Below, piece by piece: positions 52,201 to 64,000 of a stretch of DNA of 64,000 nucleotides (position 1 is the first letter of the stretch; every line of letters starts with the position of its first letter). The notes beneath the pieces are model-generated. The model was given only the letters and a program-made list of their open reading frames with translations. It had not been told where the DNA came from and ran no database searches. Source of the DNA: Guillardia theta CCMP2712 (taxonomy: Eukaryota; Protista; Cryptophyta). The DNA is taken from assembly GCF_000315625.1 (NCBI RefSeq), contig NW_005434603.1:186001-250000 (forward strand), in the 5' to 3' direction. A program made the translations under genes and the position numbers.

Positions 52201-53193
52201 AGCAAGCATCGCTCAGGGCGCGTGGTGGATGACCAGGTGCTGTTCGGGGAGCTTGTCATGCTCTTCAGCAACGAGGAGGTTCAGAGGATCGAGCTTGAGG
52301 CTCAGATCAAACACCCACAGCTGGACATCTTGCCGGAGGAGCTAAATTTCAACACCCTCCATGTTGAGTCGACTGCCGTCCTGACCCTCGCGCTCTGCAA
52401 CCCGACGTATGCCGATGCTCACTTCAAAATCGTGCACGCCCCCAAGCTCCTCACCATGACCTCCGCCCTCCACGCGGAGGGATCCTCCTCCAATTTCAAA
52501 GGTGCGGCTGCTCTCCTCCCCTGCCCTTCTTCGTATGCCATGCTTGCCGCTACTTGCAGCATGCTCATGATTGTCCCCCATCCCTCCCTCTTTCCCTCCC
52601 TGTCTCCCTGTCTCCCTCCCTCCCTGTCTCCCTGTCTCCCTGTCTCCCTCCCTGTCTCCCTCCCTCCCTCACTCACTCCTTCCCTCCCTCCCTGTCTCCC
52701 TCCCTCCCTCACTCACTCCTTCCCTCCCTCCCTGTCTCCCTCACTCACTCACTCACTCACGTCCCTACCTCAACCTTCCTTTCTTCCTGACTTGCACGCA
52801 GCCCTCACAGCCCGCACGGTGGAGACAACGGTGGACGACGCCGAAGTCTTCTCCTTCGAGCCTCAGTCGGGCGTCATCCGAGGCAACCTCCTCCGCCCCA
52901 CCATCCCCGAGTCAGTCATCCTCACCGTCCGCTTCAACCCCAAGAAGAACGTGGACTACAGGAGCCGCTTCAAGGTTGAGATCGAAGGAGGAAGGGGAGG
53001 CTACTTCACCCTGCTAGGCTCTGGATCCTACGACGAGAGCAAGGAGCCAGGAGGAGCAACAGGCATCATCCGTGATCACCCGGGCTTCCATCCCCTCATG
53101 ACCGGCGTCCGAGGACCGATCGTGCCCGGGGAACAGGAGCGGGGGGCAAGGCCGTTGGCTCCTCCTCCTCCGATGAGTCTGCCGTCCTGGTAG
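46212..53193 (+). CDS. DLEC1: DLEC1/FAP81-like central-apparatus protein with multiple ASH (Ig-like) domains
   Basis: NYLKNPRY, VVQFTEYEV..LQNVT..PPASEHFS..GLVAPGM..ARRLPPNLTL..IGNCF; repeated DFG/V.N.S ASH patterns; introns near 49008-49150, 49762-49869, ~49900-50127 and ~52502-52801. Confidence 0.82.
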
Positions 53194-53429
53194 GATGCGA
53201 CGTGGTGGGGGTGAGCGGGGCGCTGACTTTCGAGCAGGTACAACATGGACCAGAGCATGCAGCCCCAGCATCTCACCAAGCACACGCTGCGATGATGGCG
53301 CATGGAAAGGCGGAGAGATAAAGGAGGGGAGAAGGGACCAAGGGAGACGAAGACTAGGACGAGGACGAAGAGGAAGAGGGGAGGGGGCGGAGCGGAGGGA
53401 GCGGAGGGAAGAAGGAGCAAGGAGGCGAC

Positions 53430-54239
53430 TTATGTGATGGGTTGGCTTCGTTGAATGTACATAGAAACATCGCGATGCGGTCGAGACGCTCTGTGGGGCT
53501 GCGCAAGCACCCCTTCCACATCAGCAGCCTGAGTAATAGCGCATGATGAAAGTGACAGCTGTAGCGAAAGAAATCCCGTCAGAAGAGGAGGAGGAGGAGG
53601 AGGAGAGACGAGGAGGAGGAGGAGGAGGAGGAGGAGGAGGAGCGAGAGCAGGAGGAGCAGGAGGAGGAGTGTTGTAGGTGGAGGAGCAGGAGAAGAGAAG
53701 GGAGGAGGGAGGAGACCGAAGCCGATGCCGATGAGGAGGGGAAGGTGAACGTCCGGAAGAATTTCCTGAGAAGGGTCAGAAGCTGGGAGGTAGAAGGGTT
53801 CGTAGCGGACCAGCGCCAAGTTCAAATTTTGGTTGCGCACCTGCTGCTTCCTGTAGTATCTGATGAACACGAGAAGAGGTCAATTGACAAAAAGTGACTT
53901 TGATGCAAATGTCACCTCACAGCAGAGATCATCTTTTTCTTCCTTGTTGGCACGCACGTGCCGTACACGTACTCGTCGATATTCTTGTCGTTCTTAGTTA
54001 GTCTCCCCCTCCTGCTCTACCTCCTCACCTGGATGAAGATGATGGCTACTGTCGATCGTATGACCTCCTCCTGCATCGCCCGTCAATGCTGATCTTTCAG
54101 AGGGCAACGCAGTTCCATCAACCATAGTCATCGAGTTAAAGATGAACAGAATTCCTGTGATTATACAACCGAACCTACACTGAGTGATGAGTGCCACAGG
54201 AGCAGGAGAAGGAGCAGGAGCAGGAGCAGGAGCAGGAGA

Positions 54240-54295
<56 letters not shown>

Positions 54296-55455
54296 CATGA
54301 TGAACAGAACAAGGAGGAACGGGCAAAAGAACAAGGCAGACAATACCAAGCTCCCCACTCCGTCACCACCGCAAACAGGAAGGTCTGAATAGGAAGATCA
54401 GTTCAACTGGGAGGTCAGCAACCCCAGGCATGTTTCAGTCACCAGGCATCTCTTGGGAAAGGAGACGTTAATTTCCTTGAGGCCATCTGTCGGGTTGACG
54501 CATCAGAGATTCTCCATTCCATTCTCACCTTCACCTTCTGTCTCCACATAACAGCACCGGAAGACAATGTTGCAACCGCGAAAGCTTCCAGGAAGTCTGT
54601 TGAGCATGATGCAGCAGTACACTGACGTTGCTGCCAGCTGCAGACGTGTAAGTTCGACATGTTGGACAACAAGGCAAGGAAAGCACATGCAGCCAAGTCG
54701 GAACTTCGCACAGAGATGGTTTGTCAAGGACACACCGCCATGCATCTCTGCTGTTTACACAATCTTGCCGCACAATCTGCGAAGGCATCAGAGCAAGTGG
54801 GTTCTGACCCGTGTCATCAATCATACCTTCCATAGGTAGTAGGTGAACACAGACTGTGTCATACACGAGACGATCACCATCAGGCCGAAACCATGGAAGG
54901 CCAGGAAAATCGAGTTGTGCATGCTGGAGTAGATGAAGGCACCGTACGCATTGTCGCTCGTCGCCCCCATGTCCTCCAGCCCATCCTGTGGCAGTAAGAA
55001 CCTTTACAACGCCTGCGAAAGGAAGGCGGGGCAGGAGCTGCATTTCAAGGGGTGATAAGTGGGCAGGGAGGGCCCGGGGAGCGAAGGGGGGAAGGCAGGA
55101 TGGTGGAGCGAAGGTAGGAAGGGGTAGGAGGGAGGGGTGCTTCCGAAGGAGGAAGGCAGAACGATCATCTCACCATAGATTTTGAGTCTAGCTGTTTCTC
55201 CACCTTCCCTCCTCCCTGCGCGTCTTCCTGCGGGCCCTCAGAGACGTTCAGGTTCCTTGCGACTTGCGCCGAGCTGATCGCATGGCTCGTGCCGACAGCC
55301 TGCACATCACGAGCATCCGCGAGAGTGCTCAGGTACTGCTCGACGACAGAAAGCCGTTCACGGAGCTCGACGACCTCGTTGTAGTCGACAGCACCATTCT
55401 GCTCTGACTTAGGGAAGGACAGCCAACCGAAGTCCCCTGAAGTCGCAGAGTCCAT
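53430..55455 (-). CDS. Hypothetical multi-pass membrane protein
   Basis: ATG at 55455; hydrophobic exons (FLAFHGFGLMVIV, FGCIITGILFIF, LPLLIGIGFG) with GT-AG boundaries. Confidence 0.5.
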
Positions 55456-56661
55456 CGCACCGTTGCCTGAGGGACCCCACAGGCTGTGACCCTGTCAAAG
55501 TGAACGCAGTCAGACCTCTTCAGCACCAATACATTGAAAGTCATTGGAAGCACGAGCAGGCTAGAGATGTCTGTGGGGCGTTAGAGGCTTGTAATGGCCC
55601 TGTTCCCGGGTCTAATCGATTATCATCACTGCTCAGTTATGAAAGTATTGCTTGCTGCCCTGATCTCAATGAATGTTGAATGAAGGTTTGCCAGGGCAGC
55701 TCTCAGCTGGCAAGAGTGAATCTGCTATCATGCCAGCGGAAGCGGCGGCCTGAGGACCGCATCGCCGATCATTATTATTATGATGTAGAATGACTTTTTG
55801 TTTTCTTCAGCGAGGAGCCACTGAGCCTGGTCAACTCAGTTCATTTCAGTCCAAGTCGTTGGCCCGGCAACTTTGCCTGCCGGCCCGGGCCACGGGCCCG
55901 GCGGCAACTTTGCCTGCCACCGGTGGCCCCGGGTACCGTCCAGCGTCGCTGTGCGGACCAAGCCGGTGGCAGCACCGTGTACACCAGCTAAGCTTGCAGG
56001 TGACTTTGGGATGTGACTGGCCCGTGGTGCGTTATACCGGGAGGGGTGGTCTAGAGCCCGGGCCAGTACGGTCCAAGGGCATTGGGGCCGTACCGGTAGT
56101 ACTACCGTACCGTACTATCATGCCAGCATAGGACTAAAAGATTTTCAGTGTATCCCGGGGTGGGGGCCGGTGGGGTGGGGTGGGTGGGTGGGCACTTTGT
56201 GTGGTAGCCTGGGTGGGGAAGATAACAAAAACTCGGACACCGGTAGTACTGATGGAGGTTTACAGGGGTAGTCCGAGCCGGGGTACGGTAGTGGGCGTTG
56301 CTACAGTACCCGTACGGGGTAGTAGTTGCCGAACCGAACCACTGAGTTCATGGCGATAGGAGCGCTGCACGAAGAGGCATGATGGCAGGGGATCAAGAAG
56401 TCAGGATAGCGTGTTTGAGGACACTTATGTAGCAGGAGGGGGTAGAGCGAGTGTGTGGTGGACCCAACGAAGATGTTTTATGTCAGTTGCCATGATTTGT
56501 ATGTATCTGATCCCTGCTCCTTCCCCCTGAAGTTGCGATTGATCCATCCTTTCTACAACTCTTCCTCACATCGACTGTGCTATTTTAGTACGTCATTCAC
56601 ACGAGAACATCTCCTTTTGTTTGCATTTCAGACCATGTGATTTCCATTCTTGAATTCGCAG

Positions 56662-59235
56662 ATGTTTTTTGGCCTGCAGTGGGGTAATTTCCTGCTGATC
56701 AAGAAGAAAAGGCAGGAAAACGATCAATCTCACAACACAGACAACAATCATATTGGCCAACTTTCTGAGAGAATCAATGTTAAACGAACCCTGGCCCTGT
56801 TGGAGAAGTGGTGACGATGATTTGCTGTTGCACCCGTATTGCTCATTGGATTTTACCAGGCCGGGGGTTGTAAGTGGGTACAAAGATCTATTCTCTTATA
56901 CTCTTTTCTTCCTCTTGTTTACCTTGCTTGTCCGCTGGCAGCTGAATGTGGAGGCGTCCTATGAAATCCACAACATGCTTACGTCGGTCTTGATAGACCA
57001 AAGTGGCGCGCTGGCTGCGATAGCGACAGAAGGACAATTCTTTGATTACCTGCTCAGGTCCTTCGACTCAGGATCCAACACTTTTGTCTCTGGTACAGGG
57101 CCAACAGGAGGTATCCTCGGAAACTTGTTCTCGACAGCTTGGTATAACGGTGACCCAATCACCGCATCCGATTCTGGAATGCTCTACGATTACAACAAGT
57201 TGATCGGTGGGGTTCTGATCGTCCAAGAAAGAGCTTATACGGGGAATTGTGAGTATTCTGTCTACAACAATTACTATCCTGTTTGTTACGATGGTCAGCC
57301 CATCACCGCCATTCCGCCGACAAAGCCTTCAAATTTCAGCTCAAACTCGTGTGCCATTTCTCAAAGCAGGGTCGTTGACAAAGAGTCTCCCAAGTACGCA
57401 CAGTACTTGAAAGATTTGGAAAACTCCAAGTACGGAGATCGGACTGTGCTGGAATCAGGCACTTACGCAAAGACCATCAAAGACTCTTTCGAGTATCGTT
57501 ACGATCAAGATGGATTTTCAGTCTTCCTGTCACTCGCAGAAGGGCCAGATGCAAACCTTCAAAAGATAAAAGATTTGGAGACGATGAAATGGTTGGACTA
57601 CCAGACTCGAAAACTTTCAATCAAGTTCACATTCTACAATGGAAATTTCGGTACCTTCACATATGCGAAGATTTCTTTTGATTTCAACAAGGTTGGATCG
57701 TAAGTCTGCGTCCATACTTAAAGTTTGCGATTGACCTTGGGTTGCTCTAGGTTTGTTCGCTACGATCCTGGTGCATCTTTTGTTCAGAAAGGTTTGCCGG
57801 GAGCAACCAGTGTGTCTATTGGAACCTTGAACATCGAACCATATTTGACTCAAGATGACTTTGCAAGACTTGCCTTCGAAGTAATCTTCATGGTGTGGGT
57901 GTTCTATTTCATTTCAGGCTATTTGGTAAATTTCATCATCGCTGTTCAGAGAAAACAGCTGTCTAAGTTTTTCAACATGGTGAGAAACTCAATGTCTCTT
58001 ATTGCGACCACTGAATTGTTTGTGACCAGTGGGCGTTTCTTGACCTCATCAACTACTCGTGCTACGTCACTTTCATCGTCCTCAGGATTGACATCTTGCG
58101 CACAATAATCTGCAATCCAGTGTATGTGCCAACTAACCAGTACAACCCCATCTTCGAGACTCTCACACACAAGACAAGAAATCAACTGGCGGTCAACTTC
58201 GTATCGATTCTTATCGGAATCCTGCGCTTCTTCAAATATTACGAGTTCCAGCCCAGGCTGCAGATCATCAACAAGACCATGTCGGCATCACTCATTCATT
58301 TGTACCATTTCTGTTTTGTCTTCATGGCGATTCTCTTTGGATTCAGTTTGGTCGGTCATATCAACTTTGGAAATCAAAACCGCGACTTCTGCACGTTCTT
58401 CAACGCTGTTCAGGTATGAATTCTTTGATCATTTCCACCCTCCTCATCCTTGCCACAGTGTATGTGGGAGTCGCTTTGGGGAGCCTTCGATCTTGGTCCC
58501 ACGATTGGAAACTACGATCTGGCATATATCAATCCTTACACTGCTCAAATCTTTTTCATCTCTTGGATGTTCGTAACAGGGATGGTGTTGATGAATGTGT
58601 TTGTTGCTATCTTGATGGACGGATACGCATGCGCGAAGGAGGAAGGCTTGATATCCGCCAGCAAGTCTGGGAAAGATGCGCCTGATGCAGTCCATGAAGA
58701 TGTTCTACAAGCGCTCAACTACTTCGCCCGGGCGTTCAACCCGCTATCATGGAAGTATGACGAGGAAACTTTGATTTGCGCCATGAGGTCCGTCGATTCG
58801 CGGATCCCTGACCCAGTGGCAGACAAGACTCTGATAAAAAAGGAGCTTGACTTCTTGAAGGACACCCGAGAAGAGCTCTCGTCCCGCATCCATCATCTCC
58901 AAGAACTCTATCAAAAAGACTTCGATGAGTTCCCTTTCCTCCCCGTCTGGGATCAAAAAACTTGCCGAGTTGATGAGCTGGCACATCTGATCCCCCTGAT
59001 CAAAACCAAGATTGCTGGCAGCGTTGAGCATCGCGAGATCATGTCAACGTACAAGTCAAGGTTCATCTTCAACATGGAGGAGGAGACGACCGCTGACAAG
59101 ACCGCACACTTGGACTACGTCGAACGCCTGATAGCCTACCTCAAGGCAGAGAACCGAGTCCTGGAGACCAAGTTGTATTATGGAACGGACGGAAAGAAGG
59201 ACGGGGAAATTCAGGAGCAGAATACGCAGCATTGA
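56662..59235 (+). CDS. PKD2: Polycystin-2-like (TRPP) cation channel; start uncertain
   Basis: NKLIGGVLIVQER, WLDYQTR..FTFYN (TOP domain), RFFKY..PRLQIINKT, GHINFG..DF, LWGAFD pore, LMNVFVAILMDGY, C-terminal coiled coil. Confidence 0.85.
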
Positions 59236-59451
59236 TAGTGGAAGCATGGAGATAACGTCGCAACAGGAGGCAGAGTTTGTGGTGGTTGTTAAAGAGAGGT
59301 TAGCAGTTGACATTGTAATCGTAGTGTAGCTAGATAGCTTTTGAGGTTATGTGAACAAAATTTTTGACTTTTGGCAAGCCTCTTTGTGCACACGAGCAAT
59401 AACCATTGAATTCATTCATGGAGACATTTGTATACAGCTAAGTCCATAGAT

Positions 59452-62400
59452 TTAGTGAATCAACATGTGCTGCCGTCGTCCAGGCGGGACGTACTTGTTG
59501 CTTGAATCGCTCACGGCCCGACCAGCTCCTTGCTGTTCCCAGCTGTTCCCTTGAGGGAGCTGAGAATCCCGCTGGGCCCTCATGTCCATGGCCCCTGGTA
59601 CGCTGCCGTTGTAGCCCCCGAAGCCCCGAGGAACCGGAGGAACCATCCCGTAGCGCCAGTCCGCGACAGGCGGCCGACCCATCCCCATGGTCCTATCTCT
59701 CCCGTAGGACATGTCGTCGAGGTAGGCCGGTGCCACGTCAGCGCGAGGAGCGGGAAGGATCGACGTCTCCTCCACGTGATAGTGTGTCTCTCCTCCTGAC
59801 TGCCCGGTGAGCGCCCGGAGAACCGCCTGCAGATCGACTTCTGCTGACTTGCTGCCCAGCCCGACACCCAGCACGTGGCGGTCGACGCTCCTCTTGGCCG
59901 CCTCGCGCACGAGCATGACGGCATTGACGACTTCCCTGTCTGCTGCCAGCCGGATCCAGTTGTCGCAGAGCAGCCCGTCCTCGCATCGCTCGACCTTGCC
60001 GCAAAAGATGGCGACGGCGAGAGGGCGGGCGAGGCAGAGGTCGGAAGCGAACAGCTGAGTGGTGCGGATGAGCTCATGGAAGCAGATGAAACCGTCGCAC
60101 GTGTCGACGTAGTCGAGCTGCACCACCGACTTGGTCTGTGCGGTGACTCTTGTGCCGTCCCTGAGGATCATCTTCTTCTTGTTCGACTTCAAGTAGACCC
60201 TCGCGACGTTGGGCAGGAGCCCGGAGCAGATCACGGCTCTGACCAGCTCGCCATGCCGATCCCACGTGCTCGAGTCCATGAGGAAGGGCTGGAGGGGAGG
60301 CCTGTAGCCCCTCTGGTTGGCATGATGAGGCGTCATGGCCTGCAGATGAGTCAGGAGGAACGAGATCAAGGAAGGCGAGCAGGAGCTGAGAAGAGGAGGG
60401 AGCAGAGAGGGGAGAGGCAAGGCATCACGACCAGCGACAAGAGGCAGGGAAGAGGAGGGATGGTACGAGGACGGGAAGGATCAACAGACCTTACAGACCA
60501 TGTCCAAGACCTTAGTCTGGAAGCCCTTCATCTGGTTCAGCAGATTGTAGCTCAGCAAGTTCCTGTTGCAGAAGTCGTAGGCCTCGGCGCTGCTCCTGTC
60601 GCTCGCGGACTCGAACAAGTTCAAGATCTCCGCCGTCAGCAGCTGATCGCTGCAGCACCTTCCCGCTACTCTCAGCCTCGCCTCCTCCGTCCTGGGGTCG
60701 GAGATGAAGGGATCTTTGAATTCCCTCCCACACACGACCGCCAGCATCGGCCTCAGGCAGCGGAACACGGTAGAAAAGAGAAGCATCTTTGCAAGCCTCG
60801 GCTCCATGTGCATCTGGCAGAGCTTCTGGCCCAGGGGAAGAAGTTTCTGCTGCTCGTCGGTCGCCCCGAGCCCTCGGAGCGACTTGAGCGCAACTTCGAT
60901 CTGCGACAGGGGAGGAGGATCCAGAGCCTGGGACAGAACCTGAACATGTTGTCAGCTCCCCTTCCAAGAACCACCTCTCCCTCCAAGAACCACCTCCTCC
61001 TCCCGTCTCCTCCTCCTCTCCTCACCTCCTGGCAGTTTCCGATCTGGAGAGCAAGTGTGCTCAGGCAGATCTGGTCGAGAGGAACGACCGTCATGTCCGG
61101 GTCCATCTCATCCTGCATCCCCGCGAACTGGCTGCGAGTGAAGAGACGGTAGCATACGCCCTCGCACACGCGCCCAGCTCGACCCTTCCTCTGCTTCACG
61201 TTGGCCTTGGAGGCCCAGGTGACTCCGAGCGAGGAGATTTGAGTGTGCGGATCGTAGGTCATCCGCTTGGCCCTGCCGGAGTCGATGACGAAGACGCAGT
61301 CGTCGAGGGTGATGGAGGTCTCAGCGATGTTGGTCGACAACACTATCTTCCTCTTGTCGTCGGCGACAGGCCGGAAGACTTCCTGCTGCTCCTGCGGGGA
61401 GATGTTGGAGTGCAGCCTGAGGACGACGAAGCGAGGGTTCCTGACGACGAAGGGATGCGACAGGAGCATCTCGTGCGCGGAAAGAATCTCCTCCCAGCCG
61501 GGAAGGAAGCAGAGGATCGATCCCCTGCGGGGGTCCTGGTCAATGTGCAGGATGAGTTCGGTGAGCATGTCGTAGTCGATGAAGTTCACGTCCGACATCG
61601 AGGCTACCGCAGCAAGCTCGTCCTCATCCAGCCCCTTGTGCCGCAGCTGCCGTACCGCCTCGCTATACTCGAACGTGGACCTTGCTCGTGTCCTGTTCCT
61701 CTCTAGCTTCTCCCTCCTCCACGAGTCGCTGCGCATGAGCTTGTTGCCGAAGGAGGAGGAGGAGGAGGCGACTGGGCGGGCGATGATGGTGACGTAGTCT
61801 TCAAGGAACTGCTCGGTCACGTCGAAGGTCCTCCCGGGGATGGTGACGATGGGGCAGGAGTCGAAGAACTGGCTGAACTTCTCCGCGTTGATGGTGGCGG
61901 ACATGAGGACGATGCGGATGGAGGAGTTGTGCTGCAGGATCTTCTTGAGCATGATGAGCAGGAAGTCGCTGTTCACGTCCCTCTCGTGCACCTCGTCCAC
62001 GAAGATGATCGAGATGTTGGGGATCTCCTGGGCGCCAGTCCGGATGAACTTGGTCAGGCGCCGGATCAGCACGCCGGTCGTGCAGAAGAGCAGGCTGCCG
62101 CAGGACCGCGGGAGCACGGACTCCTGTCGGATCTGGTAGCCGACGGTCGTCCCAAGGATTTCCACTCGCTCTGCTGCCACTCGCTCTGCAACTGACATGG
62201 CCGAGACTCGACGTGGCTGGGTCACCACACAGTGACAGGTTCCACCCATCCCCATGCTCACATAGTGATCGAACACCGCCTGCGGCACTTGCGTCGTCTT
62301 GCCGCAGCCCGTGTCCCCGCTGATGATAGTCACTCTGTTCTGCAGGATGGTGCTGACGCACGTCTCCTTCATCTTGAAACCGGGCAGCTGTTGCCTCCCC

Positions 62401-63677
62401 TCCAGGATCTTGCAGTACCTGGGGTTCTGCTCCCGCTCCTGCGCCAGCAGCGAGTGCTGCCTGTTCCAGAAGGCGATCTCTGACGGCTCGTAGACCCTTG
62501 TGGTCTCAGACTCCTCCTCCCCTGCGCCATGGTGACGGTGCTCGATGCTCGCGTGCGGGACGTCACGCAAATTCTCAGCTGCCTTCATGAGGTTCTCGAA
62601 CTCAGCTTGAGACGAGAGGAGTGGAACAGCCCCAACGTCTCCTGCATGGATCGACTTGCGCGCTTCCTGCCTCGCCGCCGCCGTCTTCTGCGCTTTGCTC
62701 CCTTTCCCAACGATCTTCAACCTGCCCAACTGAGCAAGCTTCACGCACGCGTCGAGCGCGGCATATTTCTCTGCCGTCTTCTTGTTGGAGGCCTTGCCGT
62801 AGCCCACCAGATCTCCAATCATGCTCCCTCCCACGTCGGGGATTCTGACGGAGGCGAAGAAGACGGGAGCATGCGCAGAACCTTGGGACTCTACTTGGAA
62901 CTCAAGGCCACCTGGGGCAGACGCGCATCAGCAACAACGTCCCCTCAGAAGCGAGGTGCACCTGAATGTTTGCCTACCGAGGCCTGGAGGTGACCCTTAG
63001 CATCATCAAGGGAGATATCGAGCGTCTCAGCGTTGATGTCGAGGTTGATCCCAACAGTCTGGACCTGCTCAGCCTTGAGAGCAGCCGCTCGCTCGTTCAT
63101 CTCCCGCGGGCGATGAAACGACTCGCTCCCTGTCATGCTACTCTTGCCTCCCCGCGACCTCACGTTCCGCCCGTGCGGGTCGTTCCTCCACGGCTTCCCG
63201 TTTTCTTCAGCCAGCGACTCCCAGCTGTTCACAACGTTGCCACCCCTGCTCGACTCCTGCTCGGACCTCTTGGGACCGGCCCTGTTCTTCTCTCTCCTCA
63301 TGTTGTTGGGCATCGGCCTGCCGTCGAAGGCGCCCAGGGACTTCATCTCGTGGAACGCCTTCTCAGCTGCTGCTTGCTCCGACGCCTGAACCAGCATGTC
63401 ATCTCCTCCGCACGCCCCCGCTGCACTTGACTCCCTCCTACCTTCTTGTTGGGCCCCTCGCCCACGTAAGCGCAAGGCTGCCTCGAGACTGGGTTGTACA
63501 ACTTGATGGTACACTGGAACTGGGGCCGGTTGAGAGGCCCTGGGAGCTGAACGATCTGCCGTGATCAAGGGCGTGAGAAGCTCCTCCTGGCCGAACCCAA
63601 CTCACGTCAAAGGTCGCCGGGTTGATCTTCATCTTCGAGCAGATGTCTAGCAACGCTCCCTTGTAGTTGCCCGACAT
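59452..63677 (-). CDS. DExH-box RNA helicase with two N-terminal dsRBD-like domains (DHX9/DHX30-like)
   Basis: GDTGCGKTTQ, TQPRR, DEVHER, MSAT, FLPGW, TNIAETSIT, QRKGRAGR, HA2 and OB regions; dsRBD-like NYKGALLDIC and GKASNKKTAEKYAA. Confidence 0.92.
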
Positions 63678-64000
63678 GATGTTCTGCGACACGAACTCCT
63701 CCCCCCTTTCGCTAGAGTTGCGAGGAGGGTTCCCGAAGCTCCTCCCAGGATCTCTCGGAGAATCCTCTCCCACCTGTCAGGACGTCAGGGTATGCTCTCG
63801 GCCAGTACCGCCCACGACTGAGAGCTCTGCAGGAGCTGGTTGACCAATCAAGGAACGAGGGGACGACATTGGGGTTGGGGGAGCGCGGGGGAGGGTCGTG
63901 GTGAGAGGAAGTCACGACAACAAGCAGGAAGCAGGACAAGGAGCAACGTCCTCCTTCTTTCTCTAACTCCATGGCCCCCACAAGAAGCTCACAGAACATT

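Noticed and set aside
46164-52581. Long antisense or alternate-frame ORFs (e.g. 46164-47414, 48060-49139, 49927-51090, 50970-52232)
   Set aside because: Shadows of the GC3-rich DLEC1 coding sequence; the same applies to 59875-61152 over the helicase

Overview
Gene-dense eukaryotic nuclear DNA with short GT-AG introns that are often filled with CT/GA microsatellites. The gene content (flagellar genes, a bipartite plastid-targeting presequence with Phe at +1) suggests an alga with a secondary red plastid, most consistent with a Guillardia-like cryptophyte; this is an inference. Recognisable genes: lysine-rich H1-like protein, CLC-family anion transporter, plastid Cys-type glutathione peroxidase, SNF1/AMPK-alpha kinase, CtpA/S41 protease (spanning a 100-N gap), YbeY, a degenerate LINE-type endonuclease ORF, DLEC1/FAP81, a PKD2-like channel and a dsRBD-containing DExH helicase, plus several hypothetical genes. 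Standout observations: (1) a ~1031-aa TIR-SAM-6TM-RelA/SpoT-like protein (22100-25387), which looks like a one-component membrane immune or nucleotide-signalling receptor; (2) a rearranged accessory block (31.0-37.6 kb) holding a 2-kb foldback and a 2-kb tandem duplication of a putative PD-(D/E)xK nuclease whose coiled-coil stalk is built from phase-0 mini-exons of exactly 7, 11, 14 and 21 aa; (3) a CLC with altered gating and proton-transfer motifs; (4) a shared 16-bp upstream element and recurrent GC-palindrome islands near gene starts. All domain calls are by-eye motif recognition; no searches were run.
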